DNA of 64,000 nucleotides from Candidatus Eiseniibacteriota bacterium (GTDB lineage Bacteria; Eisenbacteria; RBG-16-71-46; JABDJR01): NCBI GenBank assembly GCA_963762255.1, contig CAVXKA010000001.1, positions 1,120,001 to 1,184,000 of the forward strand, read 5' to 3'. Shown piece by piece: positions 63,741 to 64,000 of this stretch (position 1 is its first letter; each line of letters starts with the position of its first letter). The notes under the pieces were generated by a model. It saw only the letters and a program-made list of their open reading frames with translations, ran no database searches and was not told where the DNA came from. The position numbers and the translations under genes were made by a program.

Positions 63741-63801
63741 CGGACACGTCCGCCGCGGCGCCCGGGCCTGGGGGGCGTCGCCAACCAGCGAGGTAACGAC
63801 C

Positions 63802-64000
63802 ATGTCACCGCACCTGCTTCCCGCCTGGAACAACCGCAAGGCCGTGATCGGCATGGTGCATCTGGCCGCGCTCCCCGGCGCGCCTCGGCATGCAGGGGAC
63901 CTGGGCGCGGTTCTCAAGGACGCGCTGCGCGACGCGAAGGCGCTGGCCGAAGGCGGTGTCGACGCGCTTATGATGGAGAACTTCTTCGACGTCCCCTTCT
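63802..64000 (+). CDS. BtpA/SgcQ family protein (5' part, truncated by the window)
   Basis: Manual translation: MSPHLLPAWNNRKAVIGMVHLAALPGAP...GGVDALMMENFFDVPF. Confidence 0.85.
   Translation, partial: MSPHLLPAWNNRKAVIGMVHLAALPGAPRHAGDLGAVLKDALRDAKALAEGGVDALMMENFFDVPF

Overview
High-GC bacterial DNA (roughly 70% by eye). C-terminal FlgD-Ig/T9SS-like sorting domains and DUF5916/DUF6588-type outer-membrane proteins suggest an FCB-associated diderm such as Ca. Eisenbacteria or Krumholzibacteriota; this is an inference. Bases 367-21065 (+) hold a complete proteobacterial-type T6SS operon: FHA-less tagH, tssJKLM, tagF, tssABC, hcp, tssEFG, clpV, vgrG. Converging on vgrG with a 6-bp gap is an 11-gene, tightly coupled minus-strand operon (35740 to 21072). 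It encodes a CsgG-like protein, a TPR/CsgG/peptidoglycan-binding lipoprotein, a beta-barrel, a 1139-aa FN3/ASH-repeat surface lipoprotein, two single-chain TssB-TssC sheath fusions flanking a DUF922 HExxH peptidase, a stand-alone spike-like beta-repeat protein, and a divergent membrane-anchored PAAR-like protein between two DUF2169 chaperones. This operon is the best candidate for an undescribed system. The right half is accessory and housekeeping: CAP protein, cytochrome c, two-permease RND pump, OM proteins, rtcB-archease, M1 peptidase, pcm, DMT transporter, a large secreted protein, Ca/Na antiporter, peroxiredoxin and a partial BtpA. Dense indel patches in tssC, hcp, clpV and both RND permeases look like assembly errors. 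No rRNA, tRNA, CRISPR array or IS element was seen. All family assignments are by motif recognition, not database search.
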